A stretch of 64,000 nt of DNA from Candidatus Micrarchaeia archaeon (GTDB lineage Archaea; Micrarchaeota; Micrarchaeia; Anstonellales; Anstonellaceae). Both the position numbers and the translations under genes were made by a program. This document shows positions 1 to 9,469 of the stretch, piece after piece (the stretch's first letter is position 1; each line of letters opens with the position of its first letter). The notes under the pieces were generated by a model. The model saw nothing but the letters and a program-made list of their open reading frames with translations. It ran no database searches and was not told the DNA's origin. Location of the stretch: assembly GCA_041663445.1 (NCBI GenBank), contig JBAYMR010000001.1:47393-111392 (forward strand), read 5' to 3'.

Positions 1-451
1 GGAGTATCGGGACGGGATGAACCTGAACATCATCGAATGCGCGACAGCGGGGGACTCTGCGCACTGCTACCGCTCCTCGCCGGTTGTCTTCTCAAAATAT
101 GCAGGCTATTGCTTCTGGCCGCGCTCAAGCGAGCACTCGTTCGGCTGCGCAGCGCTGCTTTCATCGGAATTCAATGTGCGCTGCTTCAACTCGGGAAAAC
201 TGGCGCGCTGCTTCGAGGTTGATTTCTCGCGCGATTGCTCGGGCTGCTACTACTGCCACAACATCGAGAATTGCACCGACTGCATGTTCTGCTTCAACGC
301 GAAGAACCTCCGCTACGCGGTTGGCAATGTGGAAGTGGGGCGCGAGAGGTTCATGAAGGCAAAGGAGGCGCTGCTGAAGCAGGCCGGGCAGGAATTGGAA
401 ACGAAAAAGAGCCTGCGCTGGAGCATTTACAATATCGGCGGAAGAGAATAG
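1..451 (+). CDS. C-terminal fragment (start is upstream of the window) of a Cys-rich protein; paralog of the C-terminal module of 36308..37891
   Basis: ORF 17..451 ends ...CSGCYYCHNIENCTDCMFCFNAKNLRYAVGN, which aligns with ...[31 protein letters not shown] at the C-terminus of the 527-aa protein at 36308..37891. Reading frame is open to position 1. I do not recognise the family. Confidence 0.5.
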   Translation, partial: EYRDGMNLNIIECATAGDSAHCYRSSPVVFSKYAGYCFWPRSSEHSFGCAALLSSEFNVRCFNSGKLARCFEVDFSRDCSGCYYCHNIENCTDCMFCFNAKNLRYAVGNVEVGRERFMKAKEALLKQAGQELETKKSLRWSIYNIGGRE

Positions 452-3211
452 CTACTTTTTCCTGGTTTTGCTTTTTGCCGCTGCCTTTTTGGCAGGCGCC
501 CCTTTGCTTGCAGGCGCTTTTGCCCTGGAAGCCTTGGGCATGGCGGCGGCTGGCGATGGCGCCTCTTCTTTCTCAGGCTCAGGCACGTCATCTTCGGGCA
601 TGGAAACGGCGGGCGTGCGCTCGCGTGCGCGCGCGGCGGCCTTTTCGCGTATGCGCGCAAGCTTTTCGGCAAGCGACGCGTCCTCGTCCGCCTCTTTTTG
701 CAGCGGGGAGCGCCCTTCGGGCGCGCTTTCCTCCTGCCCTTCATCGGCAGGCGCATCTGCCTTCGCTTTTGCGCGCCTGCCCCTGCGCGCGGCGGGCTTT
801 TCTTCTTCAGGCTCTTCAGGCTCCTGCACCGGCTCGTATTCAGGCATGTAAATGGGCTTGTGCTTGTGCGGCTTTGCCTTCTTTGGCGCGGGCGCCTCCT
901 CTTCATCGCCAGGAGATTCATCGCCTGCTGGCGTCGCTTCCCCATCAGTAGGCGCTTCCTCGTCTTCGGATGGAACGCCTTCCTCGTTTGAGGGGGCTTC
1001 TTCCCCGCTTTCTTCCGAAGGCGCTTCGGCATCTTCATTGCGAGGCGCGGGCTCTTCGTTCTCCGGCTCTTCCTTGTATGCGGGGTCTTCGTCAAGCGCA
1101 AGCTCCTTTTCCTTCTCAGCGATGTCGTTCTCGCTCTCCTCTTCCTCGTGCGGCTCCTCGCCGTCTTGGAGCTTGATGGGCGAATCGTCCTCGAGCTTCA
1201 TGCCCATGAGCTCGTCGCGGGGCTCGCCCTGCTTTTTTTCTTCGCCCTCATCGCCGCGCCCTTCCCTTTCCTCGTCATCACGTTCTTCCCTGTAAATCCT
1301 GGGCGGCTGCGGCGCAGGGGCGCCATAATGCACGTTGTAGCTTGCAGATGACTGCGATGCGCCGGTGGATTGCGAGTAGGCATTTCCCTGGCGGGGAGCC
1401 TGGCGCTCAGGCTCGTTGCCCGCAGGCGGGCGCACATTGCCCGACCCGTATTGCGCCGGGGGCTTGCCGCCCGAATCGCCGGTGTCATGCGAGGCGTCCA
1501 TCTGGGACAGCTCCATGGAGGGCTTGTAGCCCCAGCGGGCGACGTCAACCACGTGGAGCTTCATGGGAAGGATGTATTTCTTGCCGTCGAAAAGGCGGAC
1601 GATGCACTCGCGCTGGTGCAGGCGGACGAACATTTCCTTCTTGCTCTCCTCAAGCTCGGTCTGCGTGCGCGCCTTCTTGAACGATTCCTCTATCTTGATT
1701 TCCATTATCGAGGAAATCATGGTGGCGTCCTGCCTGTTGAGCTTGAATGAGACGATGTTCCTTATGTTAGACACGATGCTGTCGTGCACCTCCTTCGTCA
1801 TCTGCCCGAGGTACTGCATGGAAAGGTAGGCATAGAGGTTGAACTTGCGCGTCTCGGAGAGGATGTCCTTCACCACCTTGGTCTCCACGCGCTGGAACTC
1901 GTCCATCACGAGGATGGTGGGCGTGTCGAGCTTCTCGGTGATTGCGAGGATGTACATCTGGTTTATCACGGCGCCGGCCAGGAAGTTTATCATGCGCTTG
2001 CCGAAGAAGTTGGGGTTGAAGGAAATCACGGTGACGTTGTTCTTGCGGATGAGGTTGAGGAGGTCCTCCTTCTTCTTGTCCCCGCCAAGGTAAAGCTCGT
2101 ATTCGCCCACGAAGTTGAGGACGGGCAATATGGCGTCGTTGAAGTGGTGGATGTAGATGTCATTGAACTCCTCGTCGAAGAAGCGCTTTATCTCGTCGTT
2201 CTCGACGGAGGAGACGAATTCCGCGCGCTTGGAAGAGTCCGTGAGCAGGAGGGAGACGTTCTTCAGGTTCATGGCGTCAATTGAGGAAAGCAGGTGCACG
2301 GCGTAGAACAGCACGCGCTCGGAGTATTGGTTGTCCCCGCCTATCGCGGAGGAGAGGAGCTGCGAGATGAGCTGCGTCATCAGGGGCGTCTTGTTCCCGC
2401 CTACGTCCAGGGGCTCGATGTAGTTGTGCACGAGGTCCACGATGTAGTCGTCCGGGAACATGCGCACGAACTCCCCGTGCGGGTCAATCATCACTATGCG
2501 GACGTTGCTGCCGTATTTCGCCTGGATGGATTTTATGAGCGCGAAAAGCCCCTTGCTTTTCCCAGTGCCGGACGCGCCTATCACCAGCGTGTGCTGGAAG
2601 ATGTCGAAGTTGTCCACGCCCACGCTTATGCCAGTTTCCTCGAACACCGGGTACCGGGAGGTTACCGACATGCGCTTGGGGATGGGGTCAAGTATCTCTA
2701 TGTACACCGCGGGGTTCTTTTCCAGGTCAACCTCGAAAAAGCGCTCGGGCGAGGTGGAGATGACCACGCTTTTCCTGCCCCGCTCGTCAACCGCGGTGCC
2801 GAAACCCAGCGTTTTCCCAAGCACCCTCCACATCTTCAGGTCAACCTCCAGGATGCGCTCCTTCAGCGCAAGGGAGAGGAAGTCCTGCCCGCCCCCGAGG
2901 AAATAGAATTTCGGGAACGGGAAGAGGCTGCCCTTTTCCTTCTCGAGCAGGATTGGCTCGGACACCTTGTAGGGGAAAACGAGCATGGACATGTCCGCAA
3001 GCCCCTTCCTCTCGCGCGCGAAGAACTGCACGGTGTTTATCTTGCGCTTGGTGATGACGTTTATGAAATTGGGGGAGAAGAAGTCGCGGAAGTCAATGAA
3101 CCCCAGGAACGGCATAGTGGACTTGAGAATCTGGTTGAAGAGGTTCCTCACGTCCGACTCCTTTATCTTTTCAGAGTAAAGGAGAAGTTCGCGCGCTTTC
3201 ACGTTTGCCAT
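452..3211 (-). CDS. HerA/FtsK/VirB4-superfamily P-loop ATPase (919 aa) with a ~350-aa low-complexity acidic then Lys/Ala-rich C-terminal tail
   Basis: Walker A VIGASGTGKS, Walker B ILVMDEFQRV, downstream ETRKFNLYAYLSMQ (FtsK/HerA-like sensor or arginine region). The C-terminal ~350 aa are E/D/P-rich then K/A-rich; the underlying DNA is a GA-rich repeat. Confidence 0.7.
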   Translation of the reverse strand: MANVKARELLLYSEKIKESDVRNLFNQILKSTMPFLGFIDFRDFFSPNFINVITKRKINTVQFFARERKGLADMSMLVFPYKVSEPILLEKEKGSLFPFPKFYFLGGGQDFLSLALKERILEVDLKMWRVLGKTLGFGTAVDERGRKSVVISTSPERFFEVDLEKNPAVYIEILDPIPKRMSVTSRYPVFEETGISVGVDNFDIFQHTLVIGASGTGKSKGLFALIKSIQAKYGSNVRIVMIDPHGEFVRMFPDDYIVDLVHNYIEPLDVGGNKTPLMTQLISQLLSSAIGGDNQYSERVLFYAVHLLSSIDAMNLKNVSLLLTDSSKRAEFVSSVENDEIKRFFDEEFNDIYIHHFNDAILPVLNFVGEYELYLGGDKKKEDLLNLIRKNNVTVISFNPNFFGKRMINFLAGAVINQMYILAITEKLDTPTILVMDEFQRVETKVVKDILSETRKFNLYAYLSMQYLGQMTKEVHDSIVSNIRNIVSFKLNRQDATMISSIMEIKIEESFKKARTQTELEESKKEMFVRLHQRECIVRLFDGKKYILPMKLHVVDVARWGYKPSMELSQMDASHDTGDSGGKPPAQYGSGNVRPPAGNEPERQAPRQGNAYSQSTGASQSSASYNVHYGAPAPQPPRIYREERDDEEREGRGDEGEEKKQGEPRDELMGMKLEDDSPIKLQDGEEPHEEEESENDIAEKEKELALDEDPAYKEEPENEEPAPRNEDAEAPSEESGEEAPSNEEGVPSEDEEAPTDGEATPAGDESPGDEEEAPAPKKAKPHKHKPIYMPEYEPVQEPEEPEEEKPAARRGRRAKAKADAPADEGQEESAPEGRSPLQKEADEDASLAEKLARIREKAAARARERTPAVSMPEDDVPEPEKEEAPSPAAAMPKASRAKAPASKGAPAKKAAAKSKTRKK

Positions 3212-3273
3212 TCAATGCCCCGTGACAGCACCTTTGCCACGCATTATTAATAAACGTTATAGAGATGCGAGGC

Positions 3274-4083
3274 TCACTTCCGCTTGAAGAGCCAGTACCA
3301 GAGCGCGGCAACGAACACGAGCCGCAGCGCAACGCTCACAAACCCGCGCTGCAGGCCGAACACCTCGATTTGGGGGATGGATATCAGCATGGGGTGGATG
3401 CCGAAGCCGAAAATCCCGAACGTGACCGCGTCCCAAAGCGCGTGCCCGACAGCGCCGGGGGCGATTGCGCCGGACTTGAGCCTTATCAGCCCCCAGACCA
3501 TCCCGTCCAGGAGCACGCCCGCAAGAAACACCGGCATCATGTTGGCGGACACCATGTAGTCAGGGTCTATGAAAAAGAGGGGGATGTGCCACATGCAGTA
3601 GGCAAACGACGTGAAAATCACGACTTCCTTTGCACCGATTTTTTTCCCCTCCATGAAGCCAAAAAGCCAGCCGCGGAAGAAAAGCCCGGTGGTGAAAAAG
3701 TTCAGCACTATGAAGATGACGAACATGCCTGCGAACGAATATGCCTGGTCAACGGACAGTATGGGGTTCAGGTCCTCGCCGGTCAGCACCATCACGGCCA
3801 CCACCCCGGCAAGTATGCAGAGCGGATATGCGACTGCGATTGCGTAGTCCTGCAGGCTGCCGAGGCAGAAGCCCATTTTTTCCTTTCCGAGCCTGGAAAC
3901 GAACAGCCAGAGCGCGGCGGCCAGGAAGAACAGCCCGCCGGTATACCACGACGGGTCGCTGAAGGCGAATGCAAGAAGGCTGCAGACCGCCAATGAGGCC
4001 AATGCCCAGAAAGCCGGGAAGGCGTATTTTGACAGCGGGGATATTGATTGCTTGCCGGATGCCTGCTTGTTGCGCTTAGCCAT
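3274..4083 (-). CDS. CPBP-family (CAAX protease/Abi-like) intramembrane metalloprotease
   Basis: Polytopic membrane protein with the motifs FTSFAYCMWH and GHALWDAVTF, which match the FxxxH and HxxxN/D signatures of CPBP proteases. Confidence 0.7.
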   Translation of the reverse strand: MAKRNKQASGKQSISPLSKYAFPAFWALASLAVCSLLAFAFSDPSWYTGGLFFLAAALWLFVSRLGKEKMGFCLGSLQDYAIAVAYPLCILAGVVAVMVLTGEDLNPILSVDQAYSFAGMFVIFIVLNFFTTGLFFRGWLFGFMEGKKIGAKEVVIFTSFAYCMWHIPLFFIDPDYMVSANMMPVFLAGVLLDGMVWGLIRLKSGAIAPGAVGHALWDAVTFGIFGFGIHPMLISIPQIEVFGLQRGFVSVALRLVFVAALWYWLFKRK

Positions 4084-4093
4084 ATGCCCACCC

Positions 4094-4540
4094 TTATGAA
4101 TACCTGCCCAATACGTTTTTCGTCCCGCGCTGCACGCCCGCCACCCCGAAGGGGGAGGTGTAGGTTATGTTCAGTGAAAAGTCATAGTATGCCCCTGCCG
4201 TGCCCGCCTGGGCCCCGCTGAACCGCAAGGTCTTCGTCTCGCCCGGCCCGAAAGTGGTGGCAGTGGTGTAGGCGCCGCTTGAGATGCTCAGGCGCGTCAT
4301 CGTGTATGTGCCTATGGCGTCCTTGTTCTGGACCACCAGCGTCACCGTGCCGTTTGCAAGCACGGTGCGCTCAAGGATGCCGAAAGGCCGCGCCTGCCCG
4401 CGCCAGTATTCGTCGGACTGCGAGATTTTCGCGTCCGATGTCACGCTGGGCACAAAGCCCACGAGGGATACGCCTATCAGCGCCACAAGGAGCACGACGG
4501 CCATTATGACGAGATATTCAGTGGCCCCTTGCGCGCGCAT
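4094..4540 (-). CDS. Pilin-like protein with an archaeal class-III (type IV prepilin-like) signal peptide
   Basis: MRAQG/ATEYLVIMAVVLLVALIGVSLVGFVP: short basic leader, invariant Glu at +3/+4, then a hydrophobic helix and a Thr/Gly-rich beta-rich domain. Paralog at 32873..33358. The annotated ORF extends to 4594, but the likely start is the internal Met at 4540; a TATA-like box sits at 4595-4602. Confidence 0.7.
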   Translation of the reverse strand: MRAQGATEYLVIMAVVLLVALIGVSLVGFVPSVTSDAKISQSDEYWRGQARPFGILERTVLANGTVTLVVQNKDAIGTYTMTRLSISSGAYTTATTFGPGETKTLRFSGAQAGTAGAYYDFSLNITYTSPFGVAGVQRGTKNVLGRYS

Positions 4541-4594
4541 TACAAAACCCGATGCCAACAAAAACACCTTCTGGTTCGGACGATTGGCACGCAA

Positions 4595-4602
4595 CTTTTA
4601 TA
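4595..4602 (-). promoter_or_regulatory. TATA-like box upstream of the pilin gene
   Basis: cttttatattcg, about 55 bp upstream of the proposed pilin start codon. Confidence 0.3.
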
Positions 4603-4666
4603 TTCGTTGCACTGGGCAGGGGGGATTGGAAAGAAGAAACAGGGCGGGATTGCAGGATTTTGCCCG

Positions 4667-4820
4667 AACCCCAACATGCAGGTTTTTAGTGGGATCGTAG
4701 GGATTTGCGTCGTTGCCGCTTCGCGACAACTTTGCATCCAAAAGCTTTGCTTTTGTCTGACCCCTAACATGCAGGTTTTCAGTGGGATCGTAGGGATTTG
4801 AACCCTAACATGCAGGTTTT
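4667..4820. repeat. 41-bp direct repeat x2 plus a truncated third copy (CRISPR-like mini-array?)
   Basis: aaccccaacatgcaggtttttagtgggatcgtagggatttg (4667-4707) and acccctaacatgcaggttttcagtgggatcgtagggatttg (4760-4800) are separated by a unique 52-bp segment. A third copy, aaccctaacatgcaggtttt (4801-4820), directly abuts copy 2 and then diverges. No cas genes in the window. Confidence 0.5.
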
Positions 4821-4852
4821 TTCTTTCCCCGAAGGGAGATCTGGAGCCTGCC

Positions 4853-4895
4853 GCGCTACCAAGTTACGCCACGACCCCCTATTTAACTACTTTTT
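4853..4895. repeat. Dispersed repeat family, copy A
   Basis: gcgctaccaagttacgccacgaccccctatttaactac shares aagttacgccacgaccccct with 15384-15403 and resembles gcgctaccgggttatgacgtg in copies C and D. Confidence 0.45.
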
Positions 4896-5216
4896 ACCAC
4901 ATAATTTCCGCCCTGACCCGCCGCTCTCTTCCGGCGGTGCCGCAATGGCTTATTATAGCGCTCGGTTTTTTAAATCAGCTTCAGCGTTTTGGAATGCTGA
5001 ATTTTTCAGCCCCAGGCTTGAGCCGGACAACCAGGGCATCATTCTCTTCCCCGGCCTCAAGGTCATTCCAGTTCTCGTTTATAGCGATTCTCAGGCAGTC
5101 CAGCCTCACATCAAAGCCCATCGAATCACCTCCGGTAGGTGTTTATCGTGGTTCACTCCAAATTCTATGCCGAAACAGACTGCCCAATCCGCACTTAACA
5201 CTCAGGAAATGGAAGT

Positions 5217-5441
5217 TCAATCCAGCTTCGGGAACGTTTGCTTGCTCTTGAACACTTCGTAGGTCGGCTTCAGCGCCGCAAGCACGAATACCAGCGCATA
5301 CCATGACCAGTCAAGCGAAAGAAGCGGCGGCCAAAGCTTTGCCAGCAAAAGCGCAAGGAAGAAAACGCTGATCTTCACCAGCCCCACGTCAAGCGCGCTC
5401 ATTTTCTTTGCCTTCGCATCCGCCCATTTCCAAAAGCCCAT
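5217..5441 (-). CDS. Small hypothetical membrane protein (~74 aa)
   Basis: ORF 5217..5558 trimmed to the internal Met (MGFWKWADAKAKK...) to avoid overlap with the Lrp gene. Two predicted TM helices. Confidence 0.35.
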   Translation of the reverse strand: MGFWKWADAKAKKMSALDVGLVKISVFFLALLLAKLWPPLLSLDWSWYALVFVLAALKPTYEVFKSKQTFPKLD

Positions 5442-5506
5442 GCGCTCACCTTGATTGAGTTTTTGCCAAGAAGCTTTTACCTCTTGCGGTCGAGCCCGTT
5501 GCCGCG

Positions 5507-6478
5507 CTATCCCTGCGGGAAATAGCAGAACCTGTATTCCTTCACTATTCGCACCCATGCCTGCGCGCTCATTATCCTGTGGAAGCGCCTCACCACGGAC
5601 TGCGTGATTTCGCGCACCTCGCGCTCGCCGCTCGCGCGCACGTCGTACATCAGCTCGTACTCCGACACTATGCGCATGACGCGGCGCACCTGCGGCATGG
5701 AAAGCAGGAAGGAGGAAACTGCGCGCACGTTCTCATCCGTGGGTGCTGACAGGTTGAGGAGCACGCGGTAGTGGCGGAAGCCCTCCATCTCGCTCCCCAG
5801 GTTTATGGTATAGCCCCTGATTATCTTGCGCTCCTGAAGCGACTTGAGGTGGTAGCGCGCAGTTTCGGGCGGCATGCCAGTTCGCTTCCCAAGGTCAGAA
5901 TAGGAGATGCGCGTGTTGCTGGCAACCGCGGAAAGGATTTCCCTGTCCTTCTGGCTTATCCTTTCCTGGCTGCGCTGCACGCCAAGCGTCACGGGATGCT
6001 TGGGCGAATCGGAGCTGCTGGAAAATGCGCGCGGCACCACGGTGGTCGTGCTCAGATGTACTGCCCAGTGCATGGATTGCACAATGCCCCGTAGGATGCG
6101 GTGCAGCCTCAGGCTTTTCCTGGCAAGGTCCGCGGTCCCTTCGCTTGCAATGCTCAGGGAAAGGTCCCACTCTCCCTCGCACTTCAAAAGCGAGAGGACG
6201 CCAAGCGAGAGAAGCTCGGATGCCACCTGCTTCTCCTTTCTGGTCGACACCGGCTTGAGCTTGAAGTTGAAGATATGGACGCCGTAGCCGACGCGTTCGC
6301 AGTCGATGAGCGCGGCAAACGAGCCGATGCTTCCGTGTGCAAGCAGCGAGGCTATGCGGCTCGAGGCGTTCTGCTTTGACACGCGGGCACTTGCCGCAAT
6401 CCTGGAAATCGGCTGGCGGCTGTCGCAGAGCAGCTGCGCAAGGATTTTGCGGTCTGTGGCGCTAAGTTCCCCTCCCAT
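5507..6478 (-). CDS. Lrp/AsnC-family transcriptional regulator, tandem-duplicated (two HTH-AsnC units)
   Basis: Two repeats of HTH plus RAM-like regions: ATDRKILAQLLCDSRQPISRIAASARVSKQNASSRIASL... and QKDREILSAVASNTRISYSDLGKRTGMPPETARYHLKSLQERKII... Confidence 0.7.
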   Translation of the reverse strand: MGGELSATDRKILAQLLCDSRQPISRIAASARVSKQNASSRIASLLAHGSIGSFAALIDCERVGYGVHIFNFKLKPVSTRKEKQVASELLSLGVLSLLKCEGEWDLSLSIASEGTADLARKSLRLHRILRGIVQSMHWAVHLSTTTVVPRAFSSSSDSPKHPVTLGVQRSQERISQKDREILSAVASNTRISYSDLGKRTGMPPETARYHLKSLQERKIIRGYTINLGSEMEGFRHYRVLLNLSAPTDENVRAVSSFLLSMPQVRRVMRIVSEYELMYDVRASGEREVREITQSVVRRFHRIMSAQAWVRIVKEYRFCYFPQG

Positions 6479-6905
6479 GCTTGACTTCCAGCAATATAAT
6501 TAAAAAAAGTTGCCATCTGTCAAGCATTTCACCCCGGAACTGCTTTTAGGGGCAGGCGAGAGTATCTACTTGGTGGGCGCAATGGGCATAGAGTGCGCGG
6601 CAAAGAGCGACAGGCGCGGACTAGGCACGCCTGCCCGGGCCTTTTTGCAAATAGTCGCCGCAAGGAAGCGAGGATGCAGCATAAGCACAGACTTCTTCGC
6701 GTGTGGGCATGCATAGGGAAAAGACCGACTGAAGACGACTGCAATGCTGTCCAGCCCCTCGCGCGTGCCCATGCGCCTGCCACCTCCAACTAACAATGAG
6801 GAAATCAAATGGGCGTACGAAACATTGCAACCAAGAATGCGGATCAAACTGGGAAGAAGTTGACATGTACCGCATAATCTGGTATTATTTCTAAATGGTG
6901 ATTTA

Positions 6906-7988
6906 TTGGAAAATGAAATTGTTGCACAGGCGGCAGGATTTGACGCGGGCAGCCTGCTGCCTTTCCTGCTGGCGCTTGCTGTTGCGCTTGTCGCGGCAAA
7001 AGTTGCAAACGCCCTGGTGAAAAAGGCGGCGAAAATGCTCGTTGGCAGGACAAAGACAAAACTGGATGATTTCCTGCTTGAAGCGCTTGACCTGCCGCTT
7101 ACGATATTCTTCACAGGTGTTGGCATATATGCTGCCGCTTTTCTTGCTGGGCTGGACACGCATCCCCTTTTCGGGTTTGCCGCAAAGGAGTTTGTGATAT
7201 TGGCGGGCGCTTATGCCGTGTATCAAGCGTTTTCAGCGCTGCTGCGCTGGTATGTGGAAGAGGCTGCAGCTGCAAGGAACCTGCCCTTGGCGGACCTCCA
7301 GTCCACGCTGCGCAGGGTGGGCGCGCTTTTCATCTTCTCGATTGCAGTCATAATGGCTCTGGACACTGCAGGCATCGAAGTGAACCCGCTTATCGCCTCG
7401 CTTGGCATCGCAGGCCTTGCCGTGGCGCTTGCCTTCCAGGACACGCTTGGCAACTTTTTTGCAGGCATCACTATTTCCGCAGACAGGCCGGTGCGCGAAG
7501 GGGACTACGTGCAGGTGGAGGGCGGCTATGAGGGATATGTACACAAGATAGGCTGGAGAAGCACGCAGATTCGCGCGCTTGCCAACAACATCGTGGTGGT
7601 GCCAAACTCCAAGCTTGCAGCAAGCATCATCACCAACTACTATGCTCCCGACAAGTCGCTCGCAGTCATTGTGCCAGTGTCAGTTGCATACAGTTCTGAC
7701 CTGAAAAAGGTGGAGCGCATCACCTGCCAGGTGGCATCTGATGCCCAGAAAAGGGTAAAGGGAGCATCGAAGGACTTCGAGCCTTTCATACGCTATGGGG
7801 CATTTGGCGATTCCGGCATATCCTTCAGCGCCATCCTCCGCGCGAATGAGTATGTTGACAGGTACCTGCTCACGCACGAGTTCATCAAGGCGCTGCACGC
7901 GCGCTATGCAAAGGAAGGCATCGAAATACCGTATCCCAAGCGGCACGTGTATGTGGAAAATCTGGGCAAGCGGAGGGGAATGAAGTGA
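6906..7988 (+). CDS. Small-conductance mechanosensitive channel (MscS family)
   Basis: N-terminal TM helices, the conserved MscS pore/beta-domain region GIAGLAVALAFQDTLGNFFAGI..., and a C-terminal cytoplasmic domain. The ORF caller used a TTG start. Confidence 0.85.
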   Translation: MENEIVAQAAGFDAGSLLPFLLALAVALVAAKVANALVKKAAKMLVGRTKTKLDDFLLEALDLPLTIFFTGVGIYAAAFLAGLDTHPLFGFAAKEFVILAGAYAVYQAFSALLRWYVEEAAAARNLPLADLQSTLRRVGALFIFSIAVIMALDTAGIEVNPLIASLGIAGLAVALAFQDTLGNFFAGITISADRPVREGDYVQVEGGYEGYVHKIGWRSTQIRALANNIVVVPNSKLAASIITNYYAPDKSLAVIVPVSVAYSSDLKKVERITCQVASDAQKRVKGASKDFEPFIRYGAFGDSGISFSAILRANEYVDRYLLTHEFIKALHARYAKEGIEIPYPKRHVYVENLGKRRGMK

Positions 7989-9469
7989 CAACTGACACAA
8001 AGGACATGCTCCGGATACTCCTGAAGGACAAGCATCTGGTAATGGCATCGCACACTGAGCCCTACACCCACGTCCACGAGGACGGGGTGGTGAAGCTTCG
8101 CACAGGCACCGGCGGGGTGGTCACTGCGCTTGACCCGCTCATGGCTTTCAACAAGGGCACGTGGGTTTCGGTTGGCACCGGAAAGGCTGACAAGAAGGCA
8201 GTTGACCGCGAGAACAAGGTGCGCGTGCCTGACGAAAATGGCTATTCCCTGCGCAGGATTTGGCTCACCAATCAGGAAAGGGACGGCTATCTTGACGGCG
8301 TGTCCAACGGGGCGCTCTGGCCGCTTTGCCACATGGCATACGTAAGGCCAAGGTTCGTGGACGCGGAATGGGAAGAATTCAAGAAGGTGAACCGCAAGTT
8401 TGCAAACGCAATATCCAAGGAATGCAGGCACAACACATTGGTGTGGATACATGACTTCCAGCTCTGCATGGTGCCCAAATACCTCAGGAAAATGCAGCCT
8501 GACATCACCATTGCCTTTTTCTGGCACATACCCTGGCCCAACCCGCAGGCGTTCTCGATATGCCCCTGGTCGAATGAAATCCTTGAGTCCCTGCTGTGCA
8601 ACGACCTGATGGGCTTCCACACCCAGCAATATTCATTCAACTTCCTGGACAGCGTGGACACTTCGCTTGAGGCTAGGGTGGACCGCCCCTCGCTTGCGGT
8701 ATACCACCGGAAAACGCCCACGTTTGTGCGGTCAAACCCCATAAGCATAGACTCGGAAAGCGTGAAGCGGCTTGCAGCACTGCCTCCTTCGGAATACGTC
8801 AAAAACCTCCTGGCGGAAAACGCCCTTGACAGCATGGAATTCGCAATAGGTGTGGACAGGCTGGATTACATAAAGGGGCTGCCCGAGAAAATCAAGGCGA
8901 TGGACGCATTCTTTACTCTCCACCCGGAATACATCGGCAAATTCTCGCTTCTGCAGATAGCCTCCCCGACAAGGGTTCACCAGCCCGCGTACCAGAAAGC
9001 GGCTTCCGATGTCACGAGGCTGACAAACGAGGTGAACGAAAAATACCAGGGCATGGCAAAGCACAATCCAAATTGGAAGCCCGTTGTACTGGTGTTGGAG
9101 CAGATAGACCGCGCCGATGTCTATTCCCTCTATTCCCTGGCAAGGCTGTGTATGGTGACCTCACTCCACGACGGGCTAAACCTCGTGAGCAAGGAGTTCG
9201 TGGCATCCCGCGCCAAGCGCGACGGGGCGCTCATACTCAGCAAGTTCACAGGCGCCGCAAACGAGCTTGCGGGCGCGCACCTGGTGAACCCCTACTCTGT
9301 GGAGGAGATTGTCAAGGCGATGCATTTTGCCCTCACGCAAAGCCCGCGGGAGCAGGCAAGGGACATGGCACTCCTTTCCCGCCAGGTTGCGGAAAGCGAC
9401 GTCTATGCCTGGTCATTCAACTTCCTCAAGGAGCTTCAGGCCGCGCACATGATGCGCAGGGTGGCATAG
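7985..9469 (+). CDS. otsA: Alpha,alpha-trehalose-phosphate synthase (GT20)
   Basis: Full-length GT20 similarity: ...GALWPLCHMAYVRPRF..., HDFQLCMVPKYLR, LVSKEFVASR. Followed by otsB after a 1-nt gap. Confidence 0.9.
   Translation: MTTDTKDMLRILLKDKHLVMASHTEPYTHVHEDGVVKLRTGTGGVVTALDPLMAFNKGTWVSVGTGKADKKAVDRENKVRVPDENGYSLRRIWLTNQERDGYLDGVSNGALWPLCHMAYVRPRFVDAEWEEFKKVNRKFANAISKECRHNTLVWIHDFQLCMVPKYLRKMQPDITIAFFWHIPWPNPQAFSICPWSNEILESLLCNDLMGFHTQQYSFNFLDSVDTSLEARVDRPSLAVYHRKTPTFVRSNPISIDSESVKRLAALPPSEYVKNLLAENALDSMEFAIGVDRLDYIKGLPEKIKAMDAFFTLHPEYIGKFSLLQIASPTRVHQPAYQKAASDVTRLTNEVNEKYQGMAKHNPNWKPVVLVLEQIDRADVYSLYSLARLCMVTSLHDGLNLVSKEFVASRAKRDGALILSKFTGAANELAGAHLVNPYSVEEIVKAMHFALTQSPREQARDMALLSRQVAESDVYAWSFNFLKELQAAHMMRRVA

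Noticed and set aside
235-3250. Many long ORFs in other frames across the ATPase gene (e.g. 235..951, 852..1295, 1784..2284, 2294..3250)
   Set aside because: They overlap the strongly supported 452..3211 ATPase gene on the same or opposite strand and arise from high GC and GA-repeat sequence. They have no motifs.
4667-4820. Calling this a bona fide CRISPR array
   Set aside because: Only 2.5 repeats, a 52-bp spacer, no spacer before the third copy, weak internal palindrome, and no cas genes within 64 kb. Kept as a repeat feature with the CRISPR-like possibility flagged.
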